64,000 nucleotides of DNA. It comes from Chiloscyllium plagiosum (lineage: Eukaryota). Below the pieces are notes generated by a model. It saw only the letters and a list, made by a program, of their open reading frames with translations. It was not told the DNA's origin and made no database searches. Shown piece after piece: positions 1-12,319 of this stretch. A program made the position numbers and the translations under genes. The first letter of the stretch is position 1, and each line of letters begins with the position of its first letter. The stretch lies in assembly GCF_004010195.1 (NCBI RefSeq), contig NC_057719.1, forward strand, positions 29,240,822 through 29,304,821, in the 5' to 3' direction.

Positions 1-205
1 ACATTTTCTTACCATGCCTTGCTTTTTTTTCTCTATTTTTGAAAGCAAAGTGATGAAAATTGTTCAGTGTGCTAATTGGATTATCACATAATGTGATTTT
101 CAATTTATTACATTATGATAGATTTAACCATGCCACATACGTTCCAATGTCTTTGGACTGTTGAAAACAATAATCATTTTCATACACTTCTTCCCCCTTT
201 TTTAG

Positions 206-318
206 GCACTGATTGGACTAAAATCTATGAATAGCGACCTCGAAAAGACCATTAATGACACACCTGTTTTTCCACGAACACCTGAACAGGTTGAGCTAGG
301 ACAAAAGGAATTTGGAAT
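206..318 (+). CDS. SIX6OS1: SIX6OS1/C14orf39-like internal coding exon (ALIGLKSMNSDLEKTINDTPVFPRTPEQVELGQKEFG); 3' boundary uncertain
   Basis: Pyrimidine tract and tttag acceptor ending at 205; only one open frame. FPRTP resembles recalled human FPRTS/FPKTP. Donor AT|GTAAAT (318/319) gives phase 2, matching the exon at 1062; alternative donor CAG|GTTGAG at 289/290 is phase 0. Confidence 0.65.
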
Positions 319-1061
319 GTAAATATATGATTACTGAGACAAGTTGTTATGGATTAGAAATTATGTTTATCTTAGAAAAGAGTAAATTTAAAACATTTAA
401 GTGTCTTTTTTAAAGTGGCAGACATTATTTGCCCAATTGTTCTGCATATTTGAAAACTAGGTGTAAACCTGCCCTGAAGAGAAACAGTCTCTGGACAAAT
501 TTTCACTTTGAAAAGGTCCCCCAATGGACATGCTATTTCTTTAAGGAATAATAGTCCAGGAAAATTAATATTCCATGTATTGGCCTAATATGTATGTGGA
601 TCGATATTTAATTTTGCTGAGTGATACTCCTGTGAAGAGTCTTGGGATTTTTTTTGCATGAAGTCAGTATATAAAGTTATTTTCTCCACAACTGTTGATT
701 ATTGCCCTATTTTGAAGCAGATTTCAGCTCAGTTCTTTCAGATGCTGGCAGAATATCAATTCTATTCACTCTGACTCCTTTAGGATGGTTCATTGCATTA
801 TTCTTTTGTTGTTATTCATCTTAAATTGGTGTGATGCAGCACAGCTGTTGGTCCTTGCTAAAATGATAGGCTTTCCCTCTACTATCTGACTAGTGGCTCT
901 TACTTATGATTTCACAACTGAATTATCATCACAGTACTCAGCAGAATAAATTACAAGCTTCTATTCCCATTATCCATTTTGGCCAGGTTTGTAGCATCTT
1001 GTCATGCCTATGTTGTTTCTATGAAGGAAATGCTACAATTTAAATTTTATCTTTGCATTAG

Positions 1062-1197
1062 GAATTCTAACTTATCCATTGGGAAAACAGCATCAAAGTC
1101 ACCTGGGTTTTGTTTCTTGAATACTTCCACGCCCAAATCCACTGAATTTAATTTATTTGGAAAAACAGCATTCGACTTAAGCAACACCCCAGAGCAG
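1062..1197 (+). CDS. SIX6OS1: SIX6OS1/C14orf39-like coding exon (NSNLSIGKTASKSPGFCFLNTSTPKSTEFNLFGKTAFDLSNTPEQ)
   Basis: Acceptor ttttatctttgcattag; donor CAG|GTAAAA. Peptide parallels recalled human ESPGLSFLMSYTSRSPGLNLFDSSVFDTEISSDQ. Confidence 0.85.
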
Positions 1198-2018
1198 GTA
1201 AAAGTTTATTTTTAACATTGTCATAGCACTTTGATATTTACCAATTTGGCAGAAGAGACTTTGGCATAATTTATGCTTTTTCATACTTAGGATGTGGCAT
1301 CACTGGTTAGGCCAGCATTTGTTCCCCATTCCTAATTGCCCTTGAGAAGGTGATGTTGAGCTGCTTTCGTGAACTGGTGTAGCCTACCTGATGATATAAA
1401 TGTTTTTGATAGAGTTCAAGCATGTACTTTTTACTCTGAGTTTTATTTCAACTATTCACTGACTGAAAGTTTTCCAACTTTCTGACTGACTAATTTTTAT
1501 ACACTTTTTAAAAGTTAACTAATTAGTTTACAATATCTGTTGCCTTATTACCTTTAACTCCGAGATATTTAGCATCCCATTAACAAATCAGATATGAACA
1601 ACAGGTGCATCCACAATGCTGTTAAGTAGAGAGTTCAAAGATGTTGACTCAGTGAAAGAGTAGTGATACAGTTCCAAGACAGGCTGATGTGTGGCTGGGA
1701 GGGGAACTTGCATCAGTGTTCCAATGTATATCCTGTCATTGTCCTATTAAGTAGTAGAAAGCACAGATTTAAAATGCAGTGCATCTTGCAGATGGTACAC
1801 ACTGCTGCCACTATGCATCAGTGGTAGAAGGACTGAATGTTAAAATAATAATTTGGGTGCTAATCAATTATGCTGTTTTGTGTCGAGCTTAGGGTGCTGT
1901 CAAACTTCTTGAATGTCATTTTAGCTCAACTCATACAGCAAGTGGAGAATATTCCAATACTTCCTGACTTGTGCTTCATAGATGATGGAGTAGTTTTGAG
2001 GAGTAAAGATGCTAGTTA

Positions 2019-2245
2019 GGATTCTGGGTAATCCAAAATGGAGGATGGAAAAGTTTTTGGCTGTAACAGCTGCTCTTTTTTTTGAGGTATTTTAGGTGTT
2101 GGAAGTGATTTCTTCGAATTCCAGGAACAGCAATTACTGTTTTATATGCTGTTGCATTGTTTTGGAACTTTGGAAAAAAAGTCAAACAACAGCAGTTTTG
2201 AAAGGGAGAAGTACAGACAAAGGAAGCACATGGTGAGGTCAGTGC

Positions 2246-2282
<37 letters not shown>

Positions 2283-5200
2283 TGACACCACAGTGTACCC
2301 TGCACAGTTACTGCCTTTGCTGTTTGAATTCATATATCACTGGCCATCGGAGCGCGTCTGGAAAAATTCTCAAACAGTGAAATTCGCAACTGATCATGGA
2401 GGAACTGTTTGGGTGAAGTTCACAGCATAGAAACAGATAAGCGAATTGTTTTAAGTGTGGGCTACAGAGAGTCTGCAGTCGTGAGTAGAGTGGGTTCTTT
2501 CTTGATAATATTTTTCTTGAGATTTGTCTCTTGATTAAACTTAAAATATAAGCCATAACTATTGATTTAACCTGGGTAGTGTTTTGTAGAGGAATAAGAC
2601 GGTGTTATTTTCTGGGTCTGTAGATTGTGAAGGAGCAAAAATGGCCTTTAGTAGAGTGATATGCACTTCTTATCAGATGTGGGAGTTTAAAGGGAGTTTA
2701 AGGGTTACTGTGGATTATGTCTGCAATAAATGTTGTTGGCTGTGAATCCTATCAGATCAAATGGATTGGATAGACAGTTAGAGGCAATGAGGAATTTGCA
2801 ACAGCAACAGCATAATTATGTCAGTTATAGGAAGGGGGCAAGTCTCAAATACAGTCACACTCCAGGAAAGGTAAGAGAGGTAGGCAGCTAGTGCAGGAGT
2901 CTTCTGTGGCTATCCCCATTTCAAACAAGTATGCTGTTTTGGAAAATGTAGGGTGTGATCGATTCACAGGGGAATGTAGCACAAACAGCCAAGTTTCTGG
3001 TACTGAGACTGGCTCTGACGCAATGAGGGGTACATCGGGTTCCAAGAAGTCAATTGTGTTAGGGGACTCTCTAATCTGAGGTACAGGCAAACGTTTGTGT
3101 GACCAGCAGTGAAAAGTCAGAATGGTGTGTTGCTTCCTTGGTGCCAGGATCAAGGATGTCTCAGAGAGTGTGCAGAATGTTCTCAAGGGGAGAGGGGCGA
3201 GCAGGAGGTCACTGTCCACATTGAAACCAACAACATAGGAAGGGAAAAGGTTAAGATTCTGAAGAGACATTACAGAGAGTTAGGTAGGAATTTAAAAAGG
3301 AGGTCCTCGAGAGTAGTATTATCTGGATTCCTCCCGGTGCTACGAGCTAGTGAGGGCAGGAATAGGAGGACAGAGCAGATGAATGCATGGCTGAGGAGCT
3401 GGTGTATGGGTGAAGGATTCACATTTTTAGATCATTGGAAGCTCTTTTGGGGTAGAGGTGACCTGTACAAGAAGGACGGATTGCACCAAAATTGGAAGGG
3501 GACTAATATACTGGCAGGGAGATTTGCTAGAGCTGCTCAGTAGGATTTAACCTAGTAAGGTGGGGGGGGTTGGGACCCAGGGACATAGTGAGGAAAGAGA
3601 TCAATCTGAGACAGGTACAATTGAGAACAGAAGCGAATCAGTCAGGGCAAGCAGGGATAAGATAGGACTAATAAATTAAACTGCATTTTTTTCAATGTAA
3701 GGGGACTAACGGGGAAGGCAGATGAACTCAGGGCATGGTTAGGAACATGGGATTGGGATATCATAGCAATTACATAAACATGGCTCAGGGATGGACCAGA
3801 CTGGCAACTTAATGTTCCAGGTTACAAATGCTTCAGGAAGGATAGAAAGCGTGGCAAGAGAGGAGGGGGAGTGGTGTTTTTGATAAGGAATAGCATTACA
3901 GCTGTACTGAGGGAGGATATTCCTGGAAATACATTCAAGGAAGTTATTTGGGTGGAACTGAGAAATAAGAAAGGGATGATCACCTCATTGGGATTGTATT
4001 ATAGACCCCCTAATAGTCAGAGGGAAATTGAGAAACAAACTTGTAAGGAGATCTCAACTATCTGTAAGAATAATAGGTAGTTATGGTAGGGAATTTTAAC
4101 TTTCCAAACATAGACTGGGACTGCCATAGTATTAAGGGTTTAGATGGAGAGGAATTTGTTAAGTGTGTACAAGAAAATGTTCTGATTCAGTATGTGTATG
4201 TACCGACTAGAGAAGGTGCAAAACTTCTTGGGAAATAAGGCAGGACAGGTGACTGAGGTGTCAGTGGGGGAGCACTTTGGGGTCAGCAACCATAATTCTA
4301 CTAGATTTAAAATAGTGATGGAAAAGAATAGACTAGATCTAAAAGTTGAAGTTCTAAATTGGACAAAGGCCAATTTTGACGGTATTAGGCAAGAACTTTC
4401 AAAAGCTGACTGGGGGCAGATGTTCGCAGGTAAAGGGATGACTGAAAAATGGGAAGCCTTCAGAAATAAGATAACAAGAAACCAGAGAAAGTATATTCCT
4501 GTCAGGGTGAAAGGAAAGGCTGTTAGGTGTAGGTAATGCTGATGACTAAAGAAATTGAGGGTTTGGTTAAGAAAAAGAAGGTATAGACAGGATAGATCAG
4601 GATAGATCGAGTGAATCCTTAAAGTATAAAGGCAGTAGGAGTATACTTAAGAGGGAAATCAGGAGGGCAAAAAGGGGACATGAGATAGCTTTGGCAAATA
4701 GAATTAAGAAGAATCCAAAGGGCTTTTACAAATACATGAAGGACAAAAGGGTAACAAGGGAGAGAATAGGGCCCTTCAAAGATCAGCAAGGTGGCCTTTG
4801 TGTGGAGCCGCAGAAAAGGGAGAGGTATTAAACGAGTATTTTGCATCAGTATTTACTGTGGAAAAGGATCTGGAAAATATAGACTGTAGGGAAATAGATG
4901 GTGACACTTGAAAAATGTCCATATTTCAGAGGAGGAAGTGCTGGATGTCTTGAAACACGTAAAGGTGGATACATCCCCAGAACCTGATCAGGTGTACTCT
5001 AGAACTCTGTGGGAAGCTAGTGAAGTGATCACTGGGCCTCTTGCTGAGATATTTGTATCATCGATAGTCACAGGTGAGGTGCCGGAAGACTGGAGGTTGG
5101 CTAATGTGGTGTCACTGTTTAAGAAGGATGGTAAGGATAAGCGAGGGAACTATAGACCAGTAAGCCTGATGTCGCTGGTGGGCAAGTTGTTGGATGGAAT

Positions 5201-6500
5201 CCTGAGGGACAGGATATACATGTATTTGAAAAGGCTAGGACTGATTAGATATGGTCAACATTGCTTTGTGCGTGGGAAATCATGTCTCACAAACTTGATT
5301 GAGTTTTTTGAAAAAGTAACAAAGAGGATTGATAAGGGCAGAGCGGTAGATGTGATCTATATGGACTTCAGTAAAGCGTTTGACCAGGTTCCCCATGAGA
5401 GACTGATTAACAAGGTTAGATCTCACTGAATACAAGGAGAACTAGCCATTTGGATGCAGAACTGGCTCAAAGGTAGAAGACAGAGGGTGGTGGTGGAGGG
5501 TTGTTTTTCAGACTGGAGGCTTGTGACCAATGGAGTGCCACCAGGATCGGTGCTGGGTCCTCTACTTTTTGTCATTTATATAAATGATTTGGATGTGAGT
5601 GTAAGAGGTATAGTTATGCAAATGACACCAAAATTGAGGTGTAGTGACAATGAAGAAGGTTACCTCAGACTACAACAGGATCTTGACCACATGGACTAAT
5701 GGACTAAGAAGTGGCAGATGGAGTTGAATTCAGATAAATGAGAGGTGCTGCATTTTGGGAAAGCAAATCTTAGCAGGACTTATACACTTAATGGTAAGGT
5801 CCTAGGGAATGTTGATGAACAAAGAGACCTTGGAGTGCGGGTTCATAACTCCTTGAAAGTGGAGTCGCAGGTAGATAGGATAGTGAAGAAGGCGTTTGGT
5901 ATGCTTTCCTTTATTGGTCAGAGTATTGATTACAGGAGTTGGGAAGTCATGTTGCAGCTGAACAGGACATTGGTTAGGCCACTGTTGGAATATTGCGTGC
6001 AATTCTGGTCTCCTTCCTATTGGAAAGATGTTGTGAAACTTGAAAGGGTTCAGAAAAGATTTACAAGGATGTTGCCAGGGTTGGAGAGGCTGAACAGGCT
6101 GGGGCTGTTTTCCTTGGAGCGCCGGAGACTGAAGGGTGTCCTTATAGAGGTTTACATGATTGAGGGGAATGGATCGGATAAATAGCCAAAGTATTTTCCG
6201 TGGGTCGGTGAGTCCAGAACTAGAGGGTGTAGGTTTAGGGTGAAAGGGGAAAGATATAAGGACAACATTTTCACACAGAGAGTGGTAATGTACGGAATGA
6301 ACTGCCATAGGAAGTGGTGAGGGCTGGTACAATTGCAACATTTAAAAGGCATTTGGATAGGTATATGAGTAAGAAGGGTTTGGAGGGATATGGGCTGGTT
6401 ACTGGTAGGTGGGACTAGATTGGGTTGGGATATCTGGTTGGCATGGACGGGTTGGACCGAAGGGTCTGTTTCCATGCTGTAGATCTCTACGACTCTATGA
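2019..6500 (+). mobile_element. Near full-length CR1 LINE (5'UTR, ORF1 with GDSL/SGNH esterase, ORF2 APE endonuclease + RT), disabled
   Basis: ORF1 from ATG 2641 with IVLGDSLI and KKDGLH motifs; ORF2 motifs YYRPPNS, NYRPVSL, GKSCLTNLIEFF, YMDFSKAFD, GSVLGPLLF, LEYCVQFWSP; 3' tail ctctacgactctatga; many stops and frameshifts. Confidence 0.95.
2248..2279 (+). repeat. (GA)16 microsatellite in CR1 5'UTR
   Basis: Read directly from the sequence. Confidence 0.95.
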
Positions 6501-6599
6501 CTTGCTGTAGAATTCCCAGTTTCTGACTTGCTTTTCTGGTCATGGAAGTATATAGTTGGTCCATTCCAGTTTCCAGTCAGGATGTTATGATGTGGGGAT

Positions 6600-6820
6600 G
6601 CCAGTGTTGCACTGGGATAAACAAAGTCAGAAGTCACACAACATCAGGTTATAGTCCAAAAGGTGTATTTGAAATCACAACCACTCAAAGTGCTGCTCCT
6701 TAATCAGGTGAAGCCACCTGAGTAGATTTCACCTGATGAAGGAGAAGCAGTCTGAAAGCTTGTGATTTCAAATAAACCTGTTGGACTATAACCTGGTATC
6801 ATGTTTTTTCTGACTTTTCC
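6600..6820. mobile_element. Hairpin Penelope-related non-autonomous element (family A)
   Basis: Inverted arms aaagtcagaa...caggttatagtccaa / ttggactataacctgg...ttctgactttt around a ctgatgaagg...gaaagctt core; related fragments at 12268-12315 and 42655-42759. Confidence 0.65.
6729..6765 (+). ncRNA. Minimal type I hammerhead ribozyme motif (Penelope-type), weak stem II
   Basis: UCAC-CUGAUGA-A-GGA(gaagcag)UCU-GAAA-GC-UU-GUGA: stem I UCAC/GUGA, conserved core, palindromic AGCU at stem III. Confidence 0.55.
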
Positions 6821-7164
6821 CACTAGGGTATTGATAGTGGGGATTCAACGATAATAATTCCATTGAATGTCCAGGGGCTATGGTTGGATTCTGTCTTGTT
6901 GGAGACGATTGTTACATAGTACATGTACAAGTATGTTGCGAGGGCCCATAGTCTTTGCAGTATCCACTGCCTACAGCTGTCTCTTGACATCATATGGAAT
7001 GATTCCAACTGGCCAAAAATATTTGATGCTGGGATCTCAGAAACAGATCACAATGGATCATCCACATGGCATATTTAGCTAAGGATGCCAGTGCTTCAGC
7101 ACTGTCTTTGTACTAATGTGCTGATGTCCCCCATCATTGAGTATTGCCCATCACCGTTCATGGT

Positions 7165-7365
7165 TGATTAGTTTATTGTCACGTGTACAGAGGTGCAGTA
7201 AAAGCTTTATTTACAAGCAGATCTTAGTAAACAAGGATGTACAGATCAACAAGACTTAGACAGAGGCATGCAGGTTACATTGCACAGGGTGCATGCTAGA
7301 CGAGATCAATGTTAGCGAGATCAGCATTATTTGAGGCTAGAGAGTCCATTCATCAGTCTGAACAG
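7165..7365 (-). mobile_element. Rex1/Babar-like LINE 3' tail fragment
   Basis: tttattgtcacgtgtacagagg...aaagcttt is the reverse complement of the tail at 61780-61815. Confidence 0.6.
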
Positions 7366-7637
7366 GTTATGGGAATTGCTTGGATTTGTCTTTTCCATGC
7401 TGCTTGAAATTTATTTAGTATTTGTTATAGCTTTCACCAGGTCATCATCTGAGTTCTAGATATATCTGGCACTGGTATAGGCTATTTATTGAGCTATTTA
7501 TTGAACCAGGATTGATACCTGGCTTGGTGGTAGTATTAGAGTGAAGGATATGTTGGGCACTGAGTTTACAGGTTGTAGTTGATATTCCATCTCACTGGGA
7601 TGTTGCACTGGAAATCAAGCCCCACTATTCACAGAAT

Positions 7638-8462
7638 TGTCACAAATGTTAATGCTTTTAAAATGTATACAAAGATTCCCCAATTCACTGGACTTTCAGA
7701 CCCAGGTTGACAGAAAGCATGGACTATGTTCCTGTGCTTAATAAAATTACTATTTATTACAAATAATTGAATACTAGCTATGGGCAAACAATTATGAACC
7801 ATAGGCAAATAACTGCATTAAGTTAAAACTCTAATCCCCTTATAAATTCTGTCACAGACACAGTCAGGACAAAATGGATATTATGGATGGAAAGACTTGG
7901 AAGATAGTTCAGGAGTTTCTGTTCACACAGTTTGCTGAGATGATTGTCGTGATTCTTCTGCTATTCTCAGTCATCCTTCTCCAGATGCTTCTATTGGTTT
8001 GCAAGAGTGAGGAGGTGATTGGTTCTCTTATAAAAGGTCTGTGGGTTATCAAATAAAAGTCATAGCTTGCAGCAACTGCTAAAGGAAAACAATCTGTTTC
8101 CCTTCAGACTTAAAGTGGATTTTAGTGCAGAGAATTGAGAGGACTACCGAACTGGTGGAGTTCCGATAGCTCCTGTGTATCTTGATTATGGCCTCAAGCT
8201 GTTTGGCTGCCCAAGAACCAATTATATAGTTGTTGGAAGGCAATAGGCCTTTGTCAACAATAACTAGTCACTAGTCCACAGAGTAACCAACTACTTCCAA
8301 CTGTGCACAAACATTCAGTTCCAGTTCATCTGCAATCACATTTCAACACTGCTCAATTAAGCAGTTGTGTAAATGGTGCTTATAAACATGCAGCAAGCCT
8401 ACTGTTGTTATTTCAGTCCACAATTTAAAAATATAAAAAAATAAAAGGGCATGGAATTTACA
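7638..8462. mobile_element. Possible solo LTR interrupting the old LINE
   Basis: About 820-bp non-LINE block starting TGTCAC and ending TTTACA; no second copy seen. Confidence 0.3.
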
Positions 8463-8934
8463 TTGAATATAGCTTGCCACTCCTGATGGCTACAGTGCTT
8501 TGTGGGTGCCTAGTTTTGAGCTGTCTGTTTGAAATCTATCCCATTTAGCAGGTTGTAATGCCACACAACATGTTTTGAGGATTGCCTGCCACAGGCCCAG
8601 TTTATCAGCTATGTCCTTTAGGAGTTGGCCAGATCAGCCAGTAGCAGTGCTAATTAGCCATCCTTGATAATGGACATTGTGGTTTCTTCCATCCACATCA
8701 CATTTTGGACTCTTAAGACCTTCAGTATGTCCTCAAATTGGTGTTCAACATGGAGCAGAACTGATTTATCAGTTGAGCCGGGACAGTAGGTAAAATCAGG
8801 AGGAAGGTTCCTTGCCCATACTTCATCTGATGGCAAGAGATTTCATGGGATCTAGAATTAATGTTGAGGATTCCCTGAGCAATTTCTTCCAACTGCAATC
8901 TTCTTTGGGTCTATTCTGCTGATGGAACACGAGA

Positions 8935-9500
8935 TTTTGATTTATTATTGTTGCATGTACCTAGGTTACAAAGTGCAATAAAGTAATAGAACAGAGCAAA
9001 GAACACAATGTCAGGGCTGCAGATAACGTGCTCGGAGAATGAAATCATCATTAAATTTAAAATTTGGGTGGTTCATTCAGAAGTCTATTAAAACCAGGTG
9101 CACAGCAATCTCTCAATTTTCTTTGGAAGGTAAGTCTAACTTTTAAGGTCATCCATCTTGTTTTCCATGGCTTGGACATTTGCAAGGAATATGCTGGGGA
9201 GGGAGACTTGAAACCCTGCAGTTTCAGTCTGACCTGCAGTCCAGCATATCTCCCATGTTTCCTGGGTAGTCGATCTTGTGTGTCAGTGAGGAAAGTTTGC
9301 TCCTCCAGAAGGTAAGTGTATGCTCTTGATGGTGTCCTGGGCACCAGTCTCAGCCTTAAATGTTCTGGGGTGTCTTGTGGCTAGTTCAGTTGGGCCTTCT
9401 CAATATTGGGTCAACATTTTCCTTGTTCCAGCACTGATCAAGCCTTAGTTCCGGGTTTCCCTGAGGTTGGGCCTGCGAGAGGCAAGAAGGCCTCTTAGCT
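8935..9500 (-). mobile_element. Internally deleted Rex1/Babar-like LINE
   Basis: Minus-strand ORF 9057-9344: N-terminal-type LQVRLK...RLTFQRKLRDCC joined directly to C-terminal-type NRLLNEP, followed by an AATAAA-containing tail. Confidence 0.6.
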
Positions 9501-9520
9501 TGTAGTTTCCAGCTACTATC

Positions 9521-9610
9521 AGTTCTGAAGAAGTCATTGGACTCAAAATGTTAACTTTGCTTTCTGTCCCCAGATGCTGTCAGATCTGCTGAGTTTATTG
9601 AGCAATTTAT
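9521..9610 (+). mobile_element. Penelope-related short element fragment with degenerate hammerhead core
   Basis: AGTT-CTGAAGA-A-GTC(attg)GAC-tcAAAA-TG-TT-AACT then ...cagatgctg.cagatctgctgag; related to 51635-51866. Confidence 0.5.
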
Positions 9611-9945
9611 GTAGTAATCCGGAGACTCGGGCAAATGCTCCGGTTTCAAATGCCACCTTGGTTTTTGGAAATCTGGAATAAAAAGCTAGCTTAGTAGCAA
9701 CCATGTAACCGTTGTTAATTGTTGTAAAAGCCCAACTGATTCACTTGCCTTTAGGGAAGGATGTTTTGCTTGTCATCCTTCTCTGGTCTTCCTTACATGT
9801 GACTCCAGTCCCACAGGTTGACTCTTAACTGTCCTCTCGAATGGTCTTAACAAGCTAGTCAGTTCAAGTGACAATTAAAGTTGGGCAATAAATGCTGGCC
9901 AACCAGTGATGCCCACATCCCATGAACAAATGTAGGGAAAAAAAT
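9611..9945 (+). mobile_element. SINE sharing its 3' tail with the old CR1-clade LINE
   Basis: Core ...cctttagggaagg...acatgtgactccag...gttgactcttaactg; tail gggcaataaatgctggcc...gatgcccacatcccatg then A-rich end; second copy at 16975-17245 (-). Confidence 0.7.
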
Positions 9946-10377
9946 ACAAGTTATCTAGAAATCAGTACAGAAGAAGCTGGAAAACATTCAGCACGCCAGG
10001 TGATATCACTGACTAGCTTTTCAAAGACACCTGGTTCACAACCACTCAAAGATGTCATGCACCATGGTTTGATTGGGAAATCAAGTGTACCATGACTTAA
10101 AAATGTAATTTCCATTCCCCCATACCAGCTCACAACCTTACCTTTCCCCAATACCCTCTCATACCTTCCATGCCAACCCATATTTCCACTGATACATAAA
10201 TGGTCTCCATGCCAATCCATGTTCTCTACTCAACCCCAACTCCACTTGTATCCACCATGCAAGCTCATAGCATTTCCGTACTCTTGTCCTGAGCCAATTA
10301 GCTCAATATTAACAAAGATGTGTATGAAAATACTTAAAAACCTCTTTCATAATTTTTTGAAAGTAATTACAGATCCA

Positions 10378-11205
10378 ACAATCCTATAAGAGTATTAATG
10401 AGCTAGACATTTTTCTGTATCAATAACAAAAACTATAGAAATGAATATTGAGGTAGTGTCAAAATAGATCACAGAATAAATGTACCAAAACAATCCTATA
10501 AAAGTATTAATGAGCTAGACAATTTTATGTATCAATATAAAATTTGGCTGATGGAATTTAACGTGAGCAAGTGCGAGGTCTTGCACTTTGGCAAAAAGAA
10601 TAAAAGCATAGACTACTTTCTAAATGGTGAGAAAATTAATAAAGCCAAAGCACAAAGGAATCTGGGAGTGCTAGTCGAGGATTCTCTAAAGGTAAACATG
10701 CAGGTTGAGTCCATGATTAAGAAAGCGAATGCAATGTTGTCTCTTATCTCAAGAGGGTTGGAATATAAAAGCAGAAATGTACTACTAAGACTTTATAAAG
10801 CTCTGGTTAGGCCCCATTTGGAGTACTGTGTCCAGTTTTGGTCCCCACACCTCAGGAAGGACATACTGGCACTGGAACGTGTCCAGCGGAGATTCACACG
10901 GATGATCCCTGGAATGACAGGTCTAACATTCTACAACTCAATGAAAATGTCTTCAAGGCCGAGATTGATAGATTCTTGTTGTCTCGAGGAATTAAGGGCT
11001 ACGGGGAGAACGCTGGTAAGTGGAGCTGAAATGCGCATCAGCCATGATTGAATGGCGGAGTGGACTCGATGGGCCGAATGGCCTTACTTCCACTCCTATG
11101 TCTTATGGTCTTATGGTCTTAATATCAAAAACTATAAGAAAATTACACCTCTTTACCTTGTGTAAGTAATCAGTGAGCCAGTGTAAAAATAGATCACAGA
11201 ATAAA
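10378..11205 (+). repeat. ~113-bp tandem duplication whose second copy is split by a CR1 insertion
   Basis: caatcctata.a.agtattaatgagctagaca at about 10378 and 10491; gtgt.aaaatagatcacagaataaa at 10457 and 11181. Confidence 0.75.
10539..11120 (+). mobile_element. 5'-truncated CR1 with AATAT TSD and internal deletion
   Basis: FNVSKCEVLHFG...LVRPHLEYCVQFWSP...RRFTRMIPG; (cttatggt)n tail; AATAT at 10534-10538 and 11121-11125. Confidence 0.92.
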
Positions 11206-11489
11206 AAAGCTTGTTAAATTGTCAGTAAAATAATGTGAGCCTACTTTAATAAAGCAAAGTTTTTATGGAAATCTAGACTCTCAACCAAACCCCACTATGT
11301 ATGCTTGTGAGAATGCCATTTTGAAGTCCGTATGTACAATAGTAACAATATTCTCTTTATCTACCTTCTCTGCTACATCTTCAAAAAACCCGAGCAAGTT
11401 AGTTAAATGCAGTTTGTTCTTAATAAATCCATGCTAGCTTTCCTTCATTGCCCAAGAGACTGTTAATTGTATCATGCATGCCTTTAGTT

Positions 11490-11730
11490 ATCACAAAGTG
11501 CTTTCCAGGCAGTGAAGCACTTTTCCAAAGTAATAATGTAGGAAATACACGGCAATATCCTTAGCAGATCATCTAGTGTTTAGATGTTGGTTGGGACATA
11601 AATACTGACTAGGACACCTGAGATAATAATACTGCTCTCTTTTGAAAACTGCTGAGATATTTTGCTGTTACTCAGAGGGAAGTTGAAGCCATATTTAAGC
11701 ATTACATTTAAAACTTAAAAGTAATAGTCC
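11490..11730 (-). mobile_element. Degenerate Deu-domain SINE (SacSINE1/AmnSINE1-like)
   Basis: caaagtgcttt...aatgtaggaaa...gatgttggttg..ataaata..ggacacc...ctgctctc matches my recollection of the reverse-complement Deu domain. Confidence 0.55.
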
Positions 11731-12319
11731 TTGACTAAACAACACAACCATATACAAGGGTTGAGAATCTGTTTAACTGAGCCATGACAGATGCATTCTG
11801 CTACCATACTACCCCGTAAATAAGGAGGAAGATTGTGATGATGCACCGGATCTATTAAAAGATTTCTAATGAAATTAGGTATGACATGAGTTACATAGTT
11901 TTGCAGGCTGCAGCAAAAATAAGAACAGAAAGGAGATCTGAGAAGCTGCTGCCAGATTTCTTACTGTTATCTGGAAGTCCTGCTACAGAATGTGAGGGAC
12001 TACAGTGTGGCGATCATACCAAGGATAGGAAGTGGATCACATTCAATTATGTGGGTGGAAGTGACCAAGTAGGTTGGCAATGAAAGTATGATTTCTCCAA
12101 CTGTGAGACAGGGCCCCAAGTTGGCCCAAGATCTTTGATAGAGAAGAAAGGTAAATAGTATATCAATTCCCTAATACTTGTATCATCCTTTTGCCTTTCA
12201 CACTCATGCCATAGTCACCATGAATAAACATCGTTTTATTCCTTCTCTCTGCATTTGTCACTATAACATGGAGGTGCTGGTGTTGGACTGGGGTGGACAA
12301 AGTTAGAAATCACATGGTG

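Larger units (their letters stand above)
1290..8900 (-). mobile_element. Old fragmented CR1-clade LINE, host to several younger insertions
   Basis: Pieces at about 1290-1400, 1600-2018, 6501-7160, 7370-7590 and 8460-8900. The 1290-2018 and 6501-6910 pieces align by eye with 61110-62180; the tail is the reverse complement of ...gggcaataaatgctggcc...gatgcccacatcc. Confidence 0.65.

Noticed and set aside
721..790. Extra SIX6OS1 exon after gaagcag or ctttcag
   Set aside because: No convincing donor, no recalled homology, and not needed to keep frame.
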